IMG/VR virus record: IMGVR_UViG_3300031227_011455 | Location: 1,188-65,187 of that record | Strand: one strand, 5' to 3' | Length of the DNA stretch: 64,000 nt | From: a virus | Taxonomy: Duplodnaviria; Caudoviricetes | Shown: positions 47,384-58,900 of the stretch, one piece after another | Position numbering within the stretch: position 1 is the first letter of the stretch | How the letters are laid out: each line of letters opens with the position of its first letter | The notes under the pieces: generated by a model | Seen by the model: the letters and a program-made list of their open reading frames with translations, nothing else | Database searches by the model: none | Told to the model about the DNA's origin: nothing | Made by a program: the position numbers and the translations under genes

Positions 47384-48584
47384 TTGATGCTACCATTGTC
47401 TCATAAAATTTAGTTTTATAATCTGGAAATTTTTTAGTTAATTGAACATGAATTTCAGATGCGTAAATAAATTCATCTGATGTTGTTGGAAATGTTGCAA
47501 TCTTATTCATAAATAAAGCACCAATATCAGATGGTATATCTATTAAAAATAAAGAAATATTTTTTAAATTATCATCATCATATACAGGTTTTGAAGATGT
47601 TAAATAACTAACAAATGATTCAATTAATTGTGCCATTTTAGTATTATCTGATTGTTTAGAAAATTTAACAATATCTTTTCTGATTGAGTCATATTTATAA
47701 AAAATGTCTTTTGGACTAATATCTTTTCTATCTTTAATAAAACTTATAAACATTCTTGTCATAGATGAATTAAGGAGACCGCCAAATAATGTTGAAAGTT
47801 CATCTAAGTTTTTAAGTATTCTTCCTTCTTTATCAAAACCCCAAAGGATGTTTGAAATTCTTTCCCAGCTTGAAGGATTGGAGTATATCATACCAATTTT
47901 TTGAGCATCAAAATCATAAAGATAATCTGGATGAATTTGAATATATTCTATTACTAAAGGATGAAATCCATTAGTAACTGCATGATTTAAAAAAGCTTGC
48001 GCGTTAACTTCTGAATATAAATGAAGAGATCTTCTGAGTCCCGCTGCGTCCTCTAATACGTTCATGTTATATTCTTGATCATCAGGATTATCAAGACATA
48101 ATACAAACCAACCACGAGGAAATTCTTTTGTATGGATTTTACTTTCATTTTGAACTTGCCATAATAATTGTTGTAAAGAACTATCTCCTCTTGATAGTTC
48201 ATCTATTATAAATAAGCCATATGTATCTTCTTCCAAAGGAACGAAATCAGAATATAACATTTTAAATTTAGAATTTCCATTATCAACAACTGGAAATGGA
48301 CAAAGAAAATCATCTCTAGAAAGAACTGGAGCTTTTATAAGAATATATTTGAAGTCTATTTTTAATTCTTCACTTAATTCATTAGCAATTTGAATGCTTA
48401 TAGCTGTTTTTCCTATTCCAGCAGGTGAAATAATTCTGAAGCATTGTTTTTCAATATTTTTTCCTTCATTCCAACATTGAATTGTATTTTTAATATTATT
48501 TTTTATAATTCTTTTTATATTATCTATACTTAATGGTGTTATACCTAATCTTTGATAGTATTTTTTTTTCTTCGATTTTTCCAC
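47358..48584 (-). CDS. MoxR-like AAA+ ATPase
   Basis: PAGIGKT, FIIDELSR, sensor N, GLRR; paired with the vWA gene. Confidence 0.85.
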   Translation of the reverse strand: MEKSKKKKYYQRLGITPLSIDNIKRIIKNNIKNTIQCWNEGKNIEKQCFRIISPAGIGKTAISIQIANELSEELKIDFKYILIKAPVLSRDDFLCPFPVVDNGNSKFKMLYSDFVPLEEDTYGLFIIDELSRGDSSLQQLLWQVQNESKIHTKEFPRGWFVLCLDNPDDQEYNMNVLEDAAGLRRSLHLYSEVNAQAFLNHAVTNGFHPLVIEYIQIHPDYLYDFDAQKIGMIYSNPSSWERISNILWGFDKEGRILKNLDELSTLFGGLLNSSMTRMFISFIKDRKDISPKDIFYKYDSIRKDIVKFSKQSDNTKMAQLIESFVSYLTSSKPVYDDDNLKNISLFLIDIPSDIGALFMNKIATFPTTSDEFIYASEIHVQLTKKFPDYKTKFYETMVASSGRATGNG

Positions 48585-48624
48585 TTGTCACAATATTCAC
48601 CCATTCAAAAATTAACTTTATTGG

Positions 48625-48651
48625 GGGAATGTATATATAATATACATTCCC
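48625..48651 (-). terminator. Hairpin downstream of the SSB-like gene
   Basis: gggaatgtatat/atatacattccc. Confidence 0.6.
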
Positions 48652-48678
48652 TTCTTTCCAAAAGGAACACTTTACTAA

Positions 48679-49611
48679 TTAAAAAGGAACATCCTCAAAC
48701 GATACATCATAATTTTCTTCAGTTTTTTCAGGAGTTACAGGAGCTTCTCCACTTTGAGTTTGACCAGACGAAAACTGAAACTGTTGCGCATCGTCTACTT
48801 TTTCTGTATAATCTGCAGAACCTGAACTCTTTCCTCTTGACCAATCAAATTTTTCTTTAAATTTTTCCATTGTTTCTTTGGATTTATTTAAAACATTCTT
48901 TACAGTATCAGGTGATAAACTTGAACCAGTTGTTAACTCAAAAACATCTTTAAGACCATAGTTTGTTGATTGTTTTCCAGTTGTCACAACAGTGACAAAT
49001 CTTTTATGATTAACATGAGCTTTTTCAAATTCCTTGCTTTGCTCTGTTACTGGAGTTACCATTGGTTCTAAATCATCTCTTCTAGCAAGATTAGCTAAAT
49101 AATCTGCAACATTCCCATACTTTGTACCCTTTGCTCTAATAAAAACATAGCTTGGTTTTCCGTCAACTAAAAATGGTTTACCAGTTTCATTATCTAAATA
49201 AATACCAGTTATAATTAACTGAGATCTACATGCGCTACAAAATGGTATTGCCGCCCTTTCTGTTGAATTTTTTCCGCATGTATTACCGCTTGTTCCTTTC
49301 CATGGATAATCACCAGCTTGATATGAAAAACATTCAAGATTATCTCTTCCATTATCTGTTCTTATAGTTTTAACTAAAACATTTTTAATATTAACAATTA
49401 TCATATGTATTTCATCAAGATTACTTCTTAAACCTCGAATTTGCAGTTTTCCAGGCATCTCAACTTCACCAAGATGGTTTTTTCTTTGCTGACCTGAGAT
49501 ATAAACTGCATGAAAAAACTCATTTTCTGGCAAAGTAGGAGTCTTTACATTATATCCACCTTCACCAACTAATTCTGAATATTCTGAAAAATCAATACTA
49601 TTTGCTGACAT
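48679..49611 (-). CDS. Probable ssDNA-binding/annealing protein
   Basis: 310 aa; Cys cluster; flexible acidic tail ending FEDVPF, typical of SSB tails. Confidence 0.6.
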   Translation of the reverse strand: MSANSIDFSEYSELVGEGGYNVKTPTLPENEFFHAVYISGQQRKNHLGEVEMPGKLQIRGLRSNLDEIHMIIVNIKNVLVKTIRTDNGRDNLECFSYQAGDYPWKGTSGNTCGKNSTERAAIPFCSACRSQLIITGIYLDNETGKPFLVDGKPSYVFIRAKGTKYGNVADYLANLARRDDLEPMVTPVTEQSKEFEKAHVNHKRFVTVVTTGKQSTNYGLKDVFELTTGSSLSPDTVKNVLNKSKETMEKFKEKFDWSRGKSSGSADYTEKVDDAQQFQFSSGQTQSGEAPVTPEKTEENYDVSFEDVPF

Positions 49612-49628
49612 TTTTAATCTCCTATTTT

Positions 49629-49853
49629 TTAAGTAGTTTTTAAAAGATTTTCTAAATTGAATTCTTCATTACTCACACAAAAATCTTTTATTATTTCGCC
49701 TTTTATAACACAACAGCTATAAAATTTTGATCTATTTTCTTCTACAAATTTTTTAAATTTATCTTTTGAAATTTCAATAATTTCTCCTTGTTCAAACTGT
49801 GAATACAAAATTAAAAATTTTTCAGCTGATTCACCGTTTACTCTTAAAATCAT
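49629..49853 (-). CDS. Hypothetical protein
   Basis: GGAG SD; 74 aa. Confidence 0.65.
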   Translation of the reverse strand: MILRVNGESAEKFLILYSQFEQGEIIEISKDKFKKFVEENRSKFYSCCVIKGEIIKDFCVSNEEFNLENLLKTT

Positions 49854-49866
49854 TATTATGCTCCTA

Positions 49867-50448
49867 TTAATTTGGAACTAAACACCAGTTAGAATAATTT
49901 TTATCTTCCACCAAAGTTACAATTGAAAAGGTTTCATCAAACCAACATTTCATATTAGATTCTAATAAATCATCTGAATCAATATTAACAATATTTTTAA
50001 ATTCTGGCATTATTAATTTTGGATCTTCTATTGTAATTGGATTAATTTTTCTAACATTTAAATCATTTATTTCTTCACCAATAATTTTAATTAATTTTGG
50101 ATGAGGACAATAAATAATAACTAATCTATCACCTACCTTTTTAAATATTTCATTTTTAAAGAAAAAAGATTCAGTTCTTGTATCGAATGCAACATTATCT
50201 CCATTTAAAACTCTAAATATTGATGTATGTTGTCTACACATCATTCCTTCATTTTTTTTAATATTACACATTTCACATTCTGAATTATCTAATAAATATT
50301 TATTACCTCTGATTTCAAAATTCTTACTTGCTGCTTTATTAAAATAAGATAAAATTCTTCTTTTATTTAATAAAAATTTTACTATCGTAATTGGATAAAC
50401 CTCAATTCCTAATTTCTCTACAATTTTTTCTGTTGATATCTGCTTCAT
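49867..50448 (-). CDS. Hypothetical protein with CxxC...CxxH zinc motif
   Basis: Probable ATG at 50448 (MKQIST) after a GGAG SD; CEMC...CRQH. Confidence 0.65.
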   Translation of the reverse strand: MKQISTEKIVEKLGIEVYPITIVKFLLNKRRILSYFNKAASKNFEIRGNKYLLDNSECEMCNIKKNEGMMCRQHTSIFRVLNGDNVAFDTRTESFFFKNEIFKKVGDRLVIIYCPHPKLIKIIGEEINDLNVRKINPITIEDPKLIMPEFKNIVNIDSDDLLESNMKCWFDETFSIVTLVEDKNYSNWCLVPN

Positions 50449-50506
50449 AATTTCTCCTAATTTAATTCTAAAAAACAACAAAAACCATAATAATTTTTTA
50501 TAATTA

Positions 50507-50572
50507 ATCCGCACCACTAATAAGTATAAATTTAATGAAAAATTAAATTTAAGTATTATTAGTGGTGCGGAT
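50507..50572. repeat. 66-bp inverted repeat
   Basis: atccgcaccactaataa/ttattagtggtgcggat outer arms plus taaatttaat/attaaattta inner arms. Confidence 0.8.
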
Positions 50573-50612
50573 GCTTTACTAATAGTATAATTGCGAATAA
50601 AATAAAATAGAT

Positions 50613-50765
50613 CTATTTTTTTTCTTTATCTTGTTTTTCCTGCGGTTTTGTTTCAATATCTAACAAATGTGCAAGAGCAACAACCTTTTCTTCTGTAAAA
50701 TTTTTCCTAATTTTATCTTCAATTTTTCTTCTAATTCTCTTTGTGATTTCAGAATGTTCAGCCAT
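50613..50765 (-). CDS. Small basic protein (50 aa)
   Basis: GAGGA SD; MAEHSEITKRIRRKIEDKIRKNF...KEKK. Confidence 0.6.
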   Translation of the reverse strand: MAEHSEITKRIRRKIEDKIRKNFTEEKVVALAHLLDIETKPQEKQDKEKK

Positions 50766-50781
50766 ATACAATCCTCATGTT

Positions 50782-50866
50782 TTATTTCATTGTTCCTCCT
50801 TTCACCTTTAAAAAATTAACGGAGGATAAAATATATATATATTATCCTCTAATTAAGTTAAAACAT
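50782..50866 (-). other. Two SD-led two-codon minigenes (ATG TTT TAA; ATG AAA TAA)
   Basis: AAGGA-N8-ATGTTTTAA at 50858-50866; AAAGGAGGAACA-ATGAAATAA at 50782-50790. Confidence 0.4.
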
Positions 50867-50892
50867 ATAAGTATTCCTTAAGTATTCAAAAA

Positions 50893-50905
50893 GTAATATA
50901 TGTAG
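50893..50905 (-). promoter_or_regulatory. Candidate phage promoter, class A (CTACATATATTAC)
   Basis: Shares the 11-mer CTACATATATT with 61609-61619; heads the long non-structural gene block. Confidence 0.55.
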
Positions 50906-50916
50906 TTGTTTGTTTT

Positions 50917-51183
50917 TTAAATGATTTTTGTTGGTTCAACCATAACAGGTCTATTATAATTCGATAAATTAAAAATCAAATTTGCTGTAGGGAAACTATT
51001 TGAAGCATTACGAATCATATCCTTTGTGTGAATTGGCATATATTGATCAGTGCAATAAAGTTGAACTCCTTCTTTAAATGTAAAAACAACTCCATCATGA
51101 CTTTGCTCAGCAGTAATCAAATTTGATCTCTCAGTTTTTATAATTTCCATCTTACCCTTTTTTATAGTTATTGTATCACTCAC
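50917..51183 (-). CDS. Hypothetical protein
   Basis: 88 aa; last gene of the RNAP set 2 operon. Confidence 0.65.
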   Translation of the reverse strand: MSDTITIKKGKMEIIKTERSNLITAEQSHDGVVFTFKEGVQLYCTDQYMPIHTKDMIRNASNSFPTANLIFNLSNYNRPVMVEPTKII

Positions 51184-51775
51184 TTTTCATCTCTCCTTCC
51201 ATAATTTTTAATATCACTAACATTTTATTCTTTTCTATTCTTTCTCTTATAAACTTAAATACATTCTCTTTATTGTTTGTTCTAAGAAATTTAGAAATTA
51301 ACTCGTTATTTATATTCATAGTTTCAATTTTATCATATATTTTATTCCAATTTTGTGTCAAAAATAAATCTAAATTTTTCTTTAAAAGTTTAAAGTCCAT
51401 ACCTTGTAAGATTATAGCTAAAAACCATATGTAATCATATTCGATAAATTCTATAAACTTTAAAAATTTATCTATATCATTAAAAATATCAAAAGTAAGC
51501 ATTGGTGTAAATTCAAAACTATAAATCTCTCTAACTTTAATTATTAAGTGTTGACATAATTCTCTTTGTCTTTCAAGACTTAATGATTTAATTTCATTAT
51601 ATAGATTTAAATATAAACTTTTAAATTCTTCTGTTCCTAGATAGTTAATTATAGCTATAAAATCTGCATCTATCTCGGCGTTTGTTAAAAGGTTGAAATT
51701 TAAATAACCCTCCTCGTCATTAATTTCCATAATGGGAGTCGATCTTCCTATTAAAACTTTATCGTAATCACTCAT
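51176..51775 (-). CDS. Hypothetical helical protein downstream of beta (set 2)
   Basis: 199 aa, abutting the beta stop. Confidence 0.7.
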   Translation of the reverse strand: MSDYDKVLIGRSTPIMEINDEEGYLNFNLLTNAEIDADFIAIINYLGTEEFKSLYLNLYNEIKSLSLERQRELCQHLIIKVREIYSFEFTPMLTFDIFNDIDKFLKFIEFIEYDYIWFLAIILQGMDFKLLKKNLDLFLTQNWNKIYDKIETMNINNELISKFLRTNNKENVFKFIRERIEKNKMLVILKIMEGEMKSE

Positions 51776-54700
51776 TTATGTTCTCTCCAATATTAATGAA
51801 ATAAAATATGAATTCAATAAATCTTTAGCTGGGGATATTTTTGCATTTCTATATGTGGTTGTTCCAGTTTCAATTATTTCAGAAATCATTTCATTTTTTG
51901 TAGTTAAATCATCACTTAATGGTCCCATTAATTCTGATATTAATTTTGGACAATTATATGAAATTAATGAATATGTATCTGCTTCTCCTAATCTTTGACC
52001 ACCTTCCTTTTGTTTTCCAGATGTTGGTTGTAATGTTTTTGAAACAACTGGACCTGTACTTCTTCCATAAACTTTATCTGCTGCTTTATGTTCAAGAGAT
52101 GAGAAATACATATATCCAATAGGAACCTCAGTTTTGGTTTTTATTCCATACTTTGGAAGGAATAAATTATAACCAGGTTTTAATCCTAATATTTTTAAAG
52201 CTTCTTTAATTTGGTCTTGTTTAGGAGCTTGAAATGGTGGAATTATAATTGGAACAAATCCTGTAGTTTTTATTTGTTCTACAAGATTTAAAAATTCTTT
52301 TTCACTTAGTGCAGATAAATTTGCAATTAACCTAGTTGTAAATTGTTTATTTTTAGATGTATCTAAAATTGAATAAATTTTTTGTATGTAGGAAAGAATT
52401 TTTTCCTTCTTTTTTAAAGTAACTATTTTCATTCCTAGATCTCTTGCAATTAATCCACAATATAATTCGTATAACTGTCCAATATTACTTCTTGCTATAA
52501 TACCTACAGGATTTACAATAATATCAACATACTCACCCCAAGGTGTTCTTGGCATATTTTCATTTTTTTCAATTAGACATATAATTCCTTTTGCTCCATA
52601 TCTATTACATAATTTATCTCCTAAATTAATTTTTAATTCTTGCTCAATTTTAAACCTTATTAAAACACCTTGTATTGTTTTCCCTTTAACTGAAAATTTT
52701 TCGCTTGGTGTTGTTTTATATCTTGTTCTGGTTCTTTGAATTAATTCTTTTAATATTGGAAATTTTGTATCTCCTATGTTTGAAAAAATATCAATGTCAA
52801 CAACTTTACCACCAGGACTCTTTTTAATGAATTGTTGACCAATAACTTCTTCACCTTCTTCTTCAGAAAATCCCAATAATTGTTCTATTTCACCTATTGT
52901 TTTTCTTAAAACTGGACTTCCTTTTTCTATATATTGTCCAATTTTTGCAATCTCAAGAACTCGATCATTTTCAGAAACTAAAACTTCATCAACTATACCA
53001 TGAATTGAAGTTAGTTTATCACCGCTAATTAGTTTTTCATTGATTACAATTCCATCCTCAAAGTTAAAACCTTCATAAGGCATAACCGCAGTACAAAGAG
53101 TTCTTCCTAGAGAAATTGCTCCTTTTGAAATTGAGCTTCCTTCTGCAATAATTTGATTTTCATGAACTATTTGATTTAATTTTACTATAACTTTAAATAT
53201 ACTAAGCGTATCTTTTCCAGTTCCTGATTTTAAATGTACTGGTGTTATATCTATATTATGTAATTTTTTAGTTTTATCAATAATTGTTATATTATCAAAA
53301 GTTATATTTATAATTTTACCATAACACGGAGATTTTTTAATAAAATTATTTGATAGAACATTTGTCAATAATGATTCATAACCAGATCTTACTATAGGAG
53401 GTTCTGGATTTTTTAACGGTAACATTTGTTTTGCTTGGTTTGTTGCCATTATAATTCTTGCACCATCATTATTTTCTATAAATGGAATCATACTAGAAGA
53501 TGTAGATAACATTCCAGACATTTCACTATTTAAAAATGGTTTTTTTGAAAACATTCCTCTAGCGGAAGTAATATATGAATCAATTGTTAATTGTTGTGAT
53601 ATTCCAATCATTTCACCTTCTGGAGTATCTAATGGATCTATATTACCAAAATATGATGGATGAATATTTCTAGCTTCAACTTGAATTGCTCTTTTATCTG
53701 GTATACCACCAATATTTTTTCCAACTGGTGATATTCTAGTCATAACAGCCATTTCTTCAATTGGGTTTGCAAATTCCATATTCGCAACAATTGAAGATGT
53801 GTTAAATTCACTTAAAAGTTTTGATTGGTTAATTTCAAATTTTGCATTTTTATTTCCTGATAATAACTGTTGTTTATAAATAGTATATGCTGCAAGAATT
53901 TGTTTTTGTAATAAATGGACAATAACTTCTGATCCCCTAATTCTTTGATTTAAAATATCATTTCTATCTTGAACAAATCCAGAAATTACTTTTAATGACA
54001 TATAATACATAATTTCTTTTAATGTAAATGGTAATTGTTTATTAATTAAAACTTGCTTTGCCACTGGATCAATAATATTTTCAAGCTGAGATAAAATTTG
54101 ATAAGTAGAATTTACTTTTCCAGTAATTTTAAAAATCATATCAGAAAAATAATCATTGCTTCCAAAATCTTTTTTAATATTAAAAGAATCAATTTTTAAA
54201 AGCGTAAATGATTTAACTAATTGTTTCTTTAATTCATTATCAACATCAATAAAATATAAATAATTTTCACTATCAATCTTTACATAATATAAATCAGTTT
54301 TTTTAGGTTTTTCTTGACTAATTTTATAACCTATTTTATACTGATCTAATATATTTTGAAAACCAAAACTATAAAATAATAAAACCGAAAGAGGTAACCA
54401 TGTATTACCAAGAAAAATTTCAAGATATTGATTATTTCTTGATCTTTTACTTCTTATTCTAAAAATTGAATATGAACTTTCAAATCTTGATTCATACATT
54501 TTTGGAAAAGTTATAGGACATAAAACTATTTGATTTATTAAACATTTTCTTTGACCATTAACTCTAAAAGTTCCAGATTTTGGATCAATCTTTGGTATTT
54601 CAATTTGAATTTTATGATCATTTCCATCTTTGTCAGTAACAAATGTCTTAACTAAACTAACATCAGATTTTTCAATTTCTGAATTTTTTTGTCGTTTATC

Positions 54701-55888
54701 TGTAATTTCAATACTTCCAACTTTTAAAGGTAGCTCTTTAGTTTCCAGAACATTAAAAGAATTACCTATATCTTTTTGTAGATTAACCTCAAAATCAACC
54801 AATCTTTTTTGAAATATATGATTCGGAGATTTGTTTGAAACCACTTTAGGTATATCATATGATTTAACTATATTATCATTAGATGTATTAAGTGGTTTTT
54901 GTGTTTTTAAAATTTGATCTGAATATTTTTTATCTATTGTTTTTAAAACTTTTGTAACTGATTTTTTTGTAATTGAATTTGTAATTTTTTTAGATTTATT
55001 TATATCATTATTAACTTTATATAATATTGATGCAACACCGATCTTTTCCATATTTTTAGGAGTTACAGATTTTGCTATAACTTTATCTTTAACAACAACA
55101 TCTTTCTTTATGTATTTTTTAACTGCATCTTTAACATTCTCTTTATTTTTTGGTTCTATTTTATCTTTAATGTGTTTCATTACTTGATCAACAACTTGAT
55201 CATTTTCCTCTTCTTCCTCCTCAATTTCTTTATCCGATGTTACACCTGAACCTGATCTAATTGCTTTTAACATTGTTATAATTTTTTGTAGGTTAAATTT
55301 TCCATTTTTTACTAATAGTCTATAGCTTGCTCCAGATGGTTTAATTAAACATAAAACTAAATATTCAAAATCAAATGATTCATCTTTTAATTGTTGTAAT
55401 ATTGGGAAAAATTTTCTATCAATAAATTTATTTATATTAGGTTTAGTTAAATCTATAGAATACATTAAAACTTTTTCAAAATTTTTAAAATTTGAAAATG
55501 AATTATTTACTATATTTTTTATAAATATACTCAATCTTTGTCTATAATTTGAAGGATGATATGTAAAATCTAAAGCATTCAAATATTGAGATAAATCATA
55601 ATATGCATTTTTTGAAGATGGAACTTTTATAGTTGAAGAGTATGGACGTAATCCTATTTTTTTAAAAGCTTTTATTAAAGGAGGATTTATTCTGGTTCTA
55701 GGGATTCTTGTTATTGGAATTATGGTAATTTTTACATCTACTGGTCTCAAATTCAATTTAGGATAATCTTCAACCAAACTTGAATTTTCTGAAAAATATG
55801 TAACAATATAATTTTCACCTGGTTTGTTTGGAAATCGTATAGCATTTGTTACATGTGTATATAATCTTAACTTTTTAAGCTGTATCAT
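51776..55888 (-). CDS. rpoB: Multisubunit RNA polymerase beta subunit, set 2, with long N-terminal extension
   Basis: DPLDTPEG, NQAKQ, GFNFEDG, GDKLCNRYGAKG, NPVGIIARSNIGQ, GGQRLGE. Confidence 0.93.
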   Translation of the reverse strand: MIQLKKLRLYTHVTNAIRFPNKPGENYIVTYFSENSSLVEDYPKLNLRPVDVKITIIPITRIPRTRINPPLIKAFKKIGLRPYSSTIKVPSSKNAYYDLSQYLNALDFTYHPSNYRQRLSIFIKNIVNNSFSNFKNFEKVLMYSIDLTKPNINKFIDRKFFPILQQLKDESFDFEYLVLCLIKPSGASYRLLVKNGKFNLQKIITMLKAIRSGSGVTSDKEIEEEEEENDQVVDQVMKHIKDKIEPKNKENVKDAVKKYIKKDVVVKDKVIAKSVTPKNMEKIGVASILYKVNNDINKSKKITNSITKKSVTKVLKTIDKKYSDQILKTQKPLNTSNDNIVKSYDIPKVVSNKSPNHIFQKRLVDFEVNLQKDIGNSFNVLETKELPLKVGSIEITDKRQKNSEIEKSDVSLVKTFVTDKDGNDHKIQIEIPKIDPKSGTFRVNGQRKCLINQIVLCPITFPKMYESRFESSYSIFRIRSKRSRNNQYLEIFLGNTWLPLSVLLFYSFGFQNILDQYKIGYKISQEKPKKTDLYYVKIDSENYLYFIDVDNELKKQLVKSFTLLKIDSFNIKKDFGSNDYFSDMIFKITGKVNSTYQILSQLENIIDPVAKQVLINKQLPFTLKEIMYYMSLKVISGFVQDRNDILNQRIRGSEVIVHLLQKQILAAYTIYKQQLLSGNKNAKFEINQSKLLSEFNTSSIVANMEFANPIEEMAVMTRISPVGKNIGGIPDKRAIQVEARNIHPSYFGNIDPLDTPEGEMIGISQQLTIDSYITSARGMFSKKPFLNSEMSGMLSTSSSMIPFIENNDGARIIMATNQAKQMLPLKNPEPPIVRSGYESLLTNVLSNNFIKKSPCYGKIINITFDNITIIDKTKKLHNIDITPVHLKSGTGKDTLSIFKVIVKLNQIVHENQIIAEGSSISKGAISLGRTLCTAVMPYEGFNFEDGIVINEKLISGDKLTSIHGIVDEVLVSENDRVLEIAKIGQYIEKGSPVLRKTIGEIEQLLGFSEEEGEEVIGQQFIKKSPGGKVVDIDIFSNIGDTKFPILKELIQRTRTRYKTTPSEKFSVKGKTIQGVLIRFKIEQELKINLGDKLCNRYGAKGIICLIEKNENMPRTPWGEYVDIIVNPVGIIARSNIGQLYELYCGLIARDLGMKIVTLKKKEKILSYIQKIYSILDTSKNKQFTTRLIANLSALSEKEFLNLVEQIKTTGFVPIIIPPFQAPKQDQIKEALKILGLKPGYNLFLPKYGIKTKTEVPIGYMYFSSLEHKAADKVYGRSTGPVVSKTLQPTSGKQKEGGQRLGEADTYSLISYNCPKLISELMGPLSDDLTTKNEMISEIIETGTTTYRNAKISPAKDLLNSYFISLILERT

Positions 55889-55902
55889 AAACTACTCCAC
55901 TT

Positions 55903-58900
55903 TTAATACTTTTTTTCTTCTTCTACTAATGTTCCAGTTAATAACTTCTCTAAGACAGATGGTTCTAATTCTGTTTTTGTTATGAGACCTGTATTTATTG
56001 CAGTATTCACATTCTCAAAAGCGAGCCCTTGAAGCAAACCGCTAGAAAATATATTCTTTTTAATATTTGTCATTGTTGGATTCATAGGATCTTTTCCAAC
56101 TCTTGAAGGGATAACAATATTATCTTTATCTCTTAAAACTTGACTAATTAAAATTTCCATATGAACTAAATCCATATTTGAATCATCATACATTTTATAA
56201 AATTTTAAAAATAAATGATTTATATTTTTAAATCTTTCTTTTCCAGATATTAATCTTTCAACATATAAAACAACTTCTTTTAAATCTTGTTTTTGTAAAG
56301 GAACTTCTAATATTTCATCATCTTTTTTAAATGTTAATTTTATTTCTTGTTTTGTTTTAAAAATTTCATCATATTTTATATAAACTGGATAATCTAAAAT
56401 TATATCGAAAGATAAATCTGAAAAAGTCATTGTTGATATTAAACCATTTAACTGAATTATATTTTCATCATCTTTTATTATTAGATTATCTCCAATTTCA
56501 TAACTATCTAAATTTATTAACATTGAGCAGTCTTGTGAACAATATAGATTATTTTCAATTTGATTTAATTTACTTTTTATTTGTTCAATCTTAACCAATG
56601 GATCATTTTCATAAATATCTTTTGGAATATCTCTTTGTATTGCTTTTATACTAGTTGAGTGAAAAGATCTCATAATTAATTGCGTGCCACGTTCACCAAT
56701 ATTCTGAGCTGCAATTACTCCAACATATGGACTTTTATGAATTTCTAAAAGTTTTCCATAACAAGTATGACAAATTTTTAAAGACTTACAAAAAATAGGA
56801 CTTCTTAAATGAATTAAATCTCCAGCTTTAAATTTTGATGGGTCAAATTCTTGAACTTTACCATTTTTTATTATATATCTTCCCTTTAATCTTCTAATTA
56901 AATCATTATCTAATTTTATATCAAGTGTTAATTTACTTCCACAATCTTTTAGAGTCCAATCTAATTCTACAGAATTTAATAAAAATGCTAATTTCCTTGC
57001 AGTATATCCAGTATTTGCTGTGTTGATGACTCTATCAATTATACCAGCTCTACTACCTCCTGCTGCATTAAAATATTCAGTTGGAGATAAACCATCTGAT
57101 AAAGATCCTTTAATTGGAGGTAAAATTTTTCCAGTTGGATCAGCCATAACACCTTTTGCAACTAATATTTGAATTGGTTGATCCCATCCTTTTGTTGATC
57201 CTGATTCAACAAGATCATATAAACCTGTATTTTTTAAATGTTTAATCATTATTTCACGCATTCTATTAATTAAATCAAGCGCTTCTTCTGTTGTTGCTTT
57301 ATCTAAATTTTTCTTTAGTTCATATATTTCTGGAGGTATTGTAATTTCATCTAAATTTAAAGATGGAGATAATATTGTTGCAAATTTAAAACCTATATCT
57401 TTTAATTTAGAAGCAACTTCTCTACCCTCTTTATCTCCATATTTATTAACTACTTCAAAAATTAAATTATTTGCTATTTTTTTTGTAACTAGTTCATTTA
57501 CAAACCTAAAATCATTTGGAAGACAATTGTTGAAAATTGCTTTTCCCATTGTGGTATTTTGTTTTTTATAAACAACTGGAATATATGGATCAGTTGCTTT
57601 TTCTATATCTGATTTATTAATATTAATTGGTGATTTAAAAACTTTTAAATCTTTTGTTATTAAGAACAATCCAACACACATTTCTTTACTTAATTCAAAA
57701 GTAATACTTGAAGAAGAAGTTGAAGATCTTGTCATTAACAATCTTTTTTTAGCTTCTTCTTGTGCATCACTTGTTAAAGGATGAAAAATAGCCATTTGAT
57801 CTCCATCAAAATCCGCATTAAATCCACCAGTTACTAATGTTGAAATTTGAATTGTATTTCCTTCTACAATTACTGGATAAAAAGCTCTAACAGATTCTGC
57901 GTGAAGAACCGGATCTCTTTTTGCTAAAACAACTCTACCTTCTGATGCAAAAACCGTTGCATCAAAAATAATTTTATATATATTTTCAGAAACTATATCT
58001 CCAGCTTTTAAACTTCTAAAAATAATTGAAAGACTATTAGTAGATAAATCTAATTTTGTAGCTTTTTTTATTTCAGTTTCTAAATCTTTTTTATTTATTT
58101 TTCCAGAATGTAATAAAACAAAAATAATAAATGGTTCAAATAAACTAAGAGCTAATTTAAAAGGAATACCTATTTGTTCTGATGTTAATTGTGGTCCGCC
58201 TGTAATAACTGCTCTTCCAGAAAAATCAACCCTTTTTCCTAAAAGTTGAGATCTGATTAATCCAAACTTTTTTCCAATTTTTGTTCTAATATAATCATCA
58301 AGATCTATTGCTGATTTTTGTATACCCCAATTAACAAGTTCATACATTGTTCCTTTAGCAGATCCAAATGTTTTAATAGAAGTTGATCTTTTAATTAAAC
58401 TCATATAAAAATCATTGATTTTATCAATACTATCTCTTCCATCTTCACCTCTGAAAACTGGACGGTGTTCTGGAGGAATAACAGGAATTTTATTAATAAA
58501 TAATGTTCCATTTTTATAAGATTCTTGTATAACATCAATAAATTTATCTCTATCTGATGTTTCTCCTCTTAATTTAATCTTTGGAAATAATTTAATAAAC
58601 TCTGGAATTCCCGTTACACCATTATCATCTTGAATTAAATTTCCATCTTTATCTAATATAAAACTATCTTCTGTAGAAAAAAATTTCTCAAGCTTTCGAT
58701 CCAATCTAATAAATACTTTATAAGCAGTCGGATGGATAATAAATGTATTTAAATCTATGTAAGAAAAAGTTTGTTTTCTAGATAGACTGTTTTCAACACC
58801 AAAAATTAATTCACTAAATAATCCTTTTGGGTGGAAATCTTCACCTCGACTTCTTATTTGACTACTTGTTACGGGTTGAAGGTTTTTTGTAAAATCATTT

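Noticed and set aside
50449-50517. Hydrophobic N-terminal extension of ORF 49867-50517
   Set aside because: The GTG lies inside the inverted repeat; the ATG at 50448 has a proper SD.
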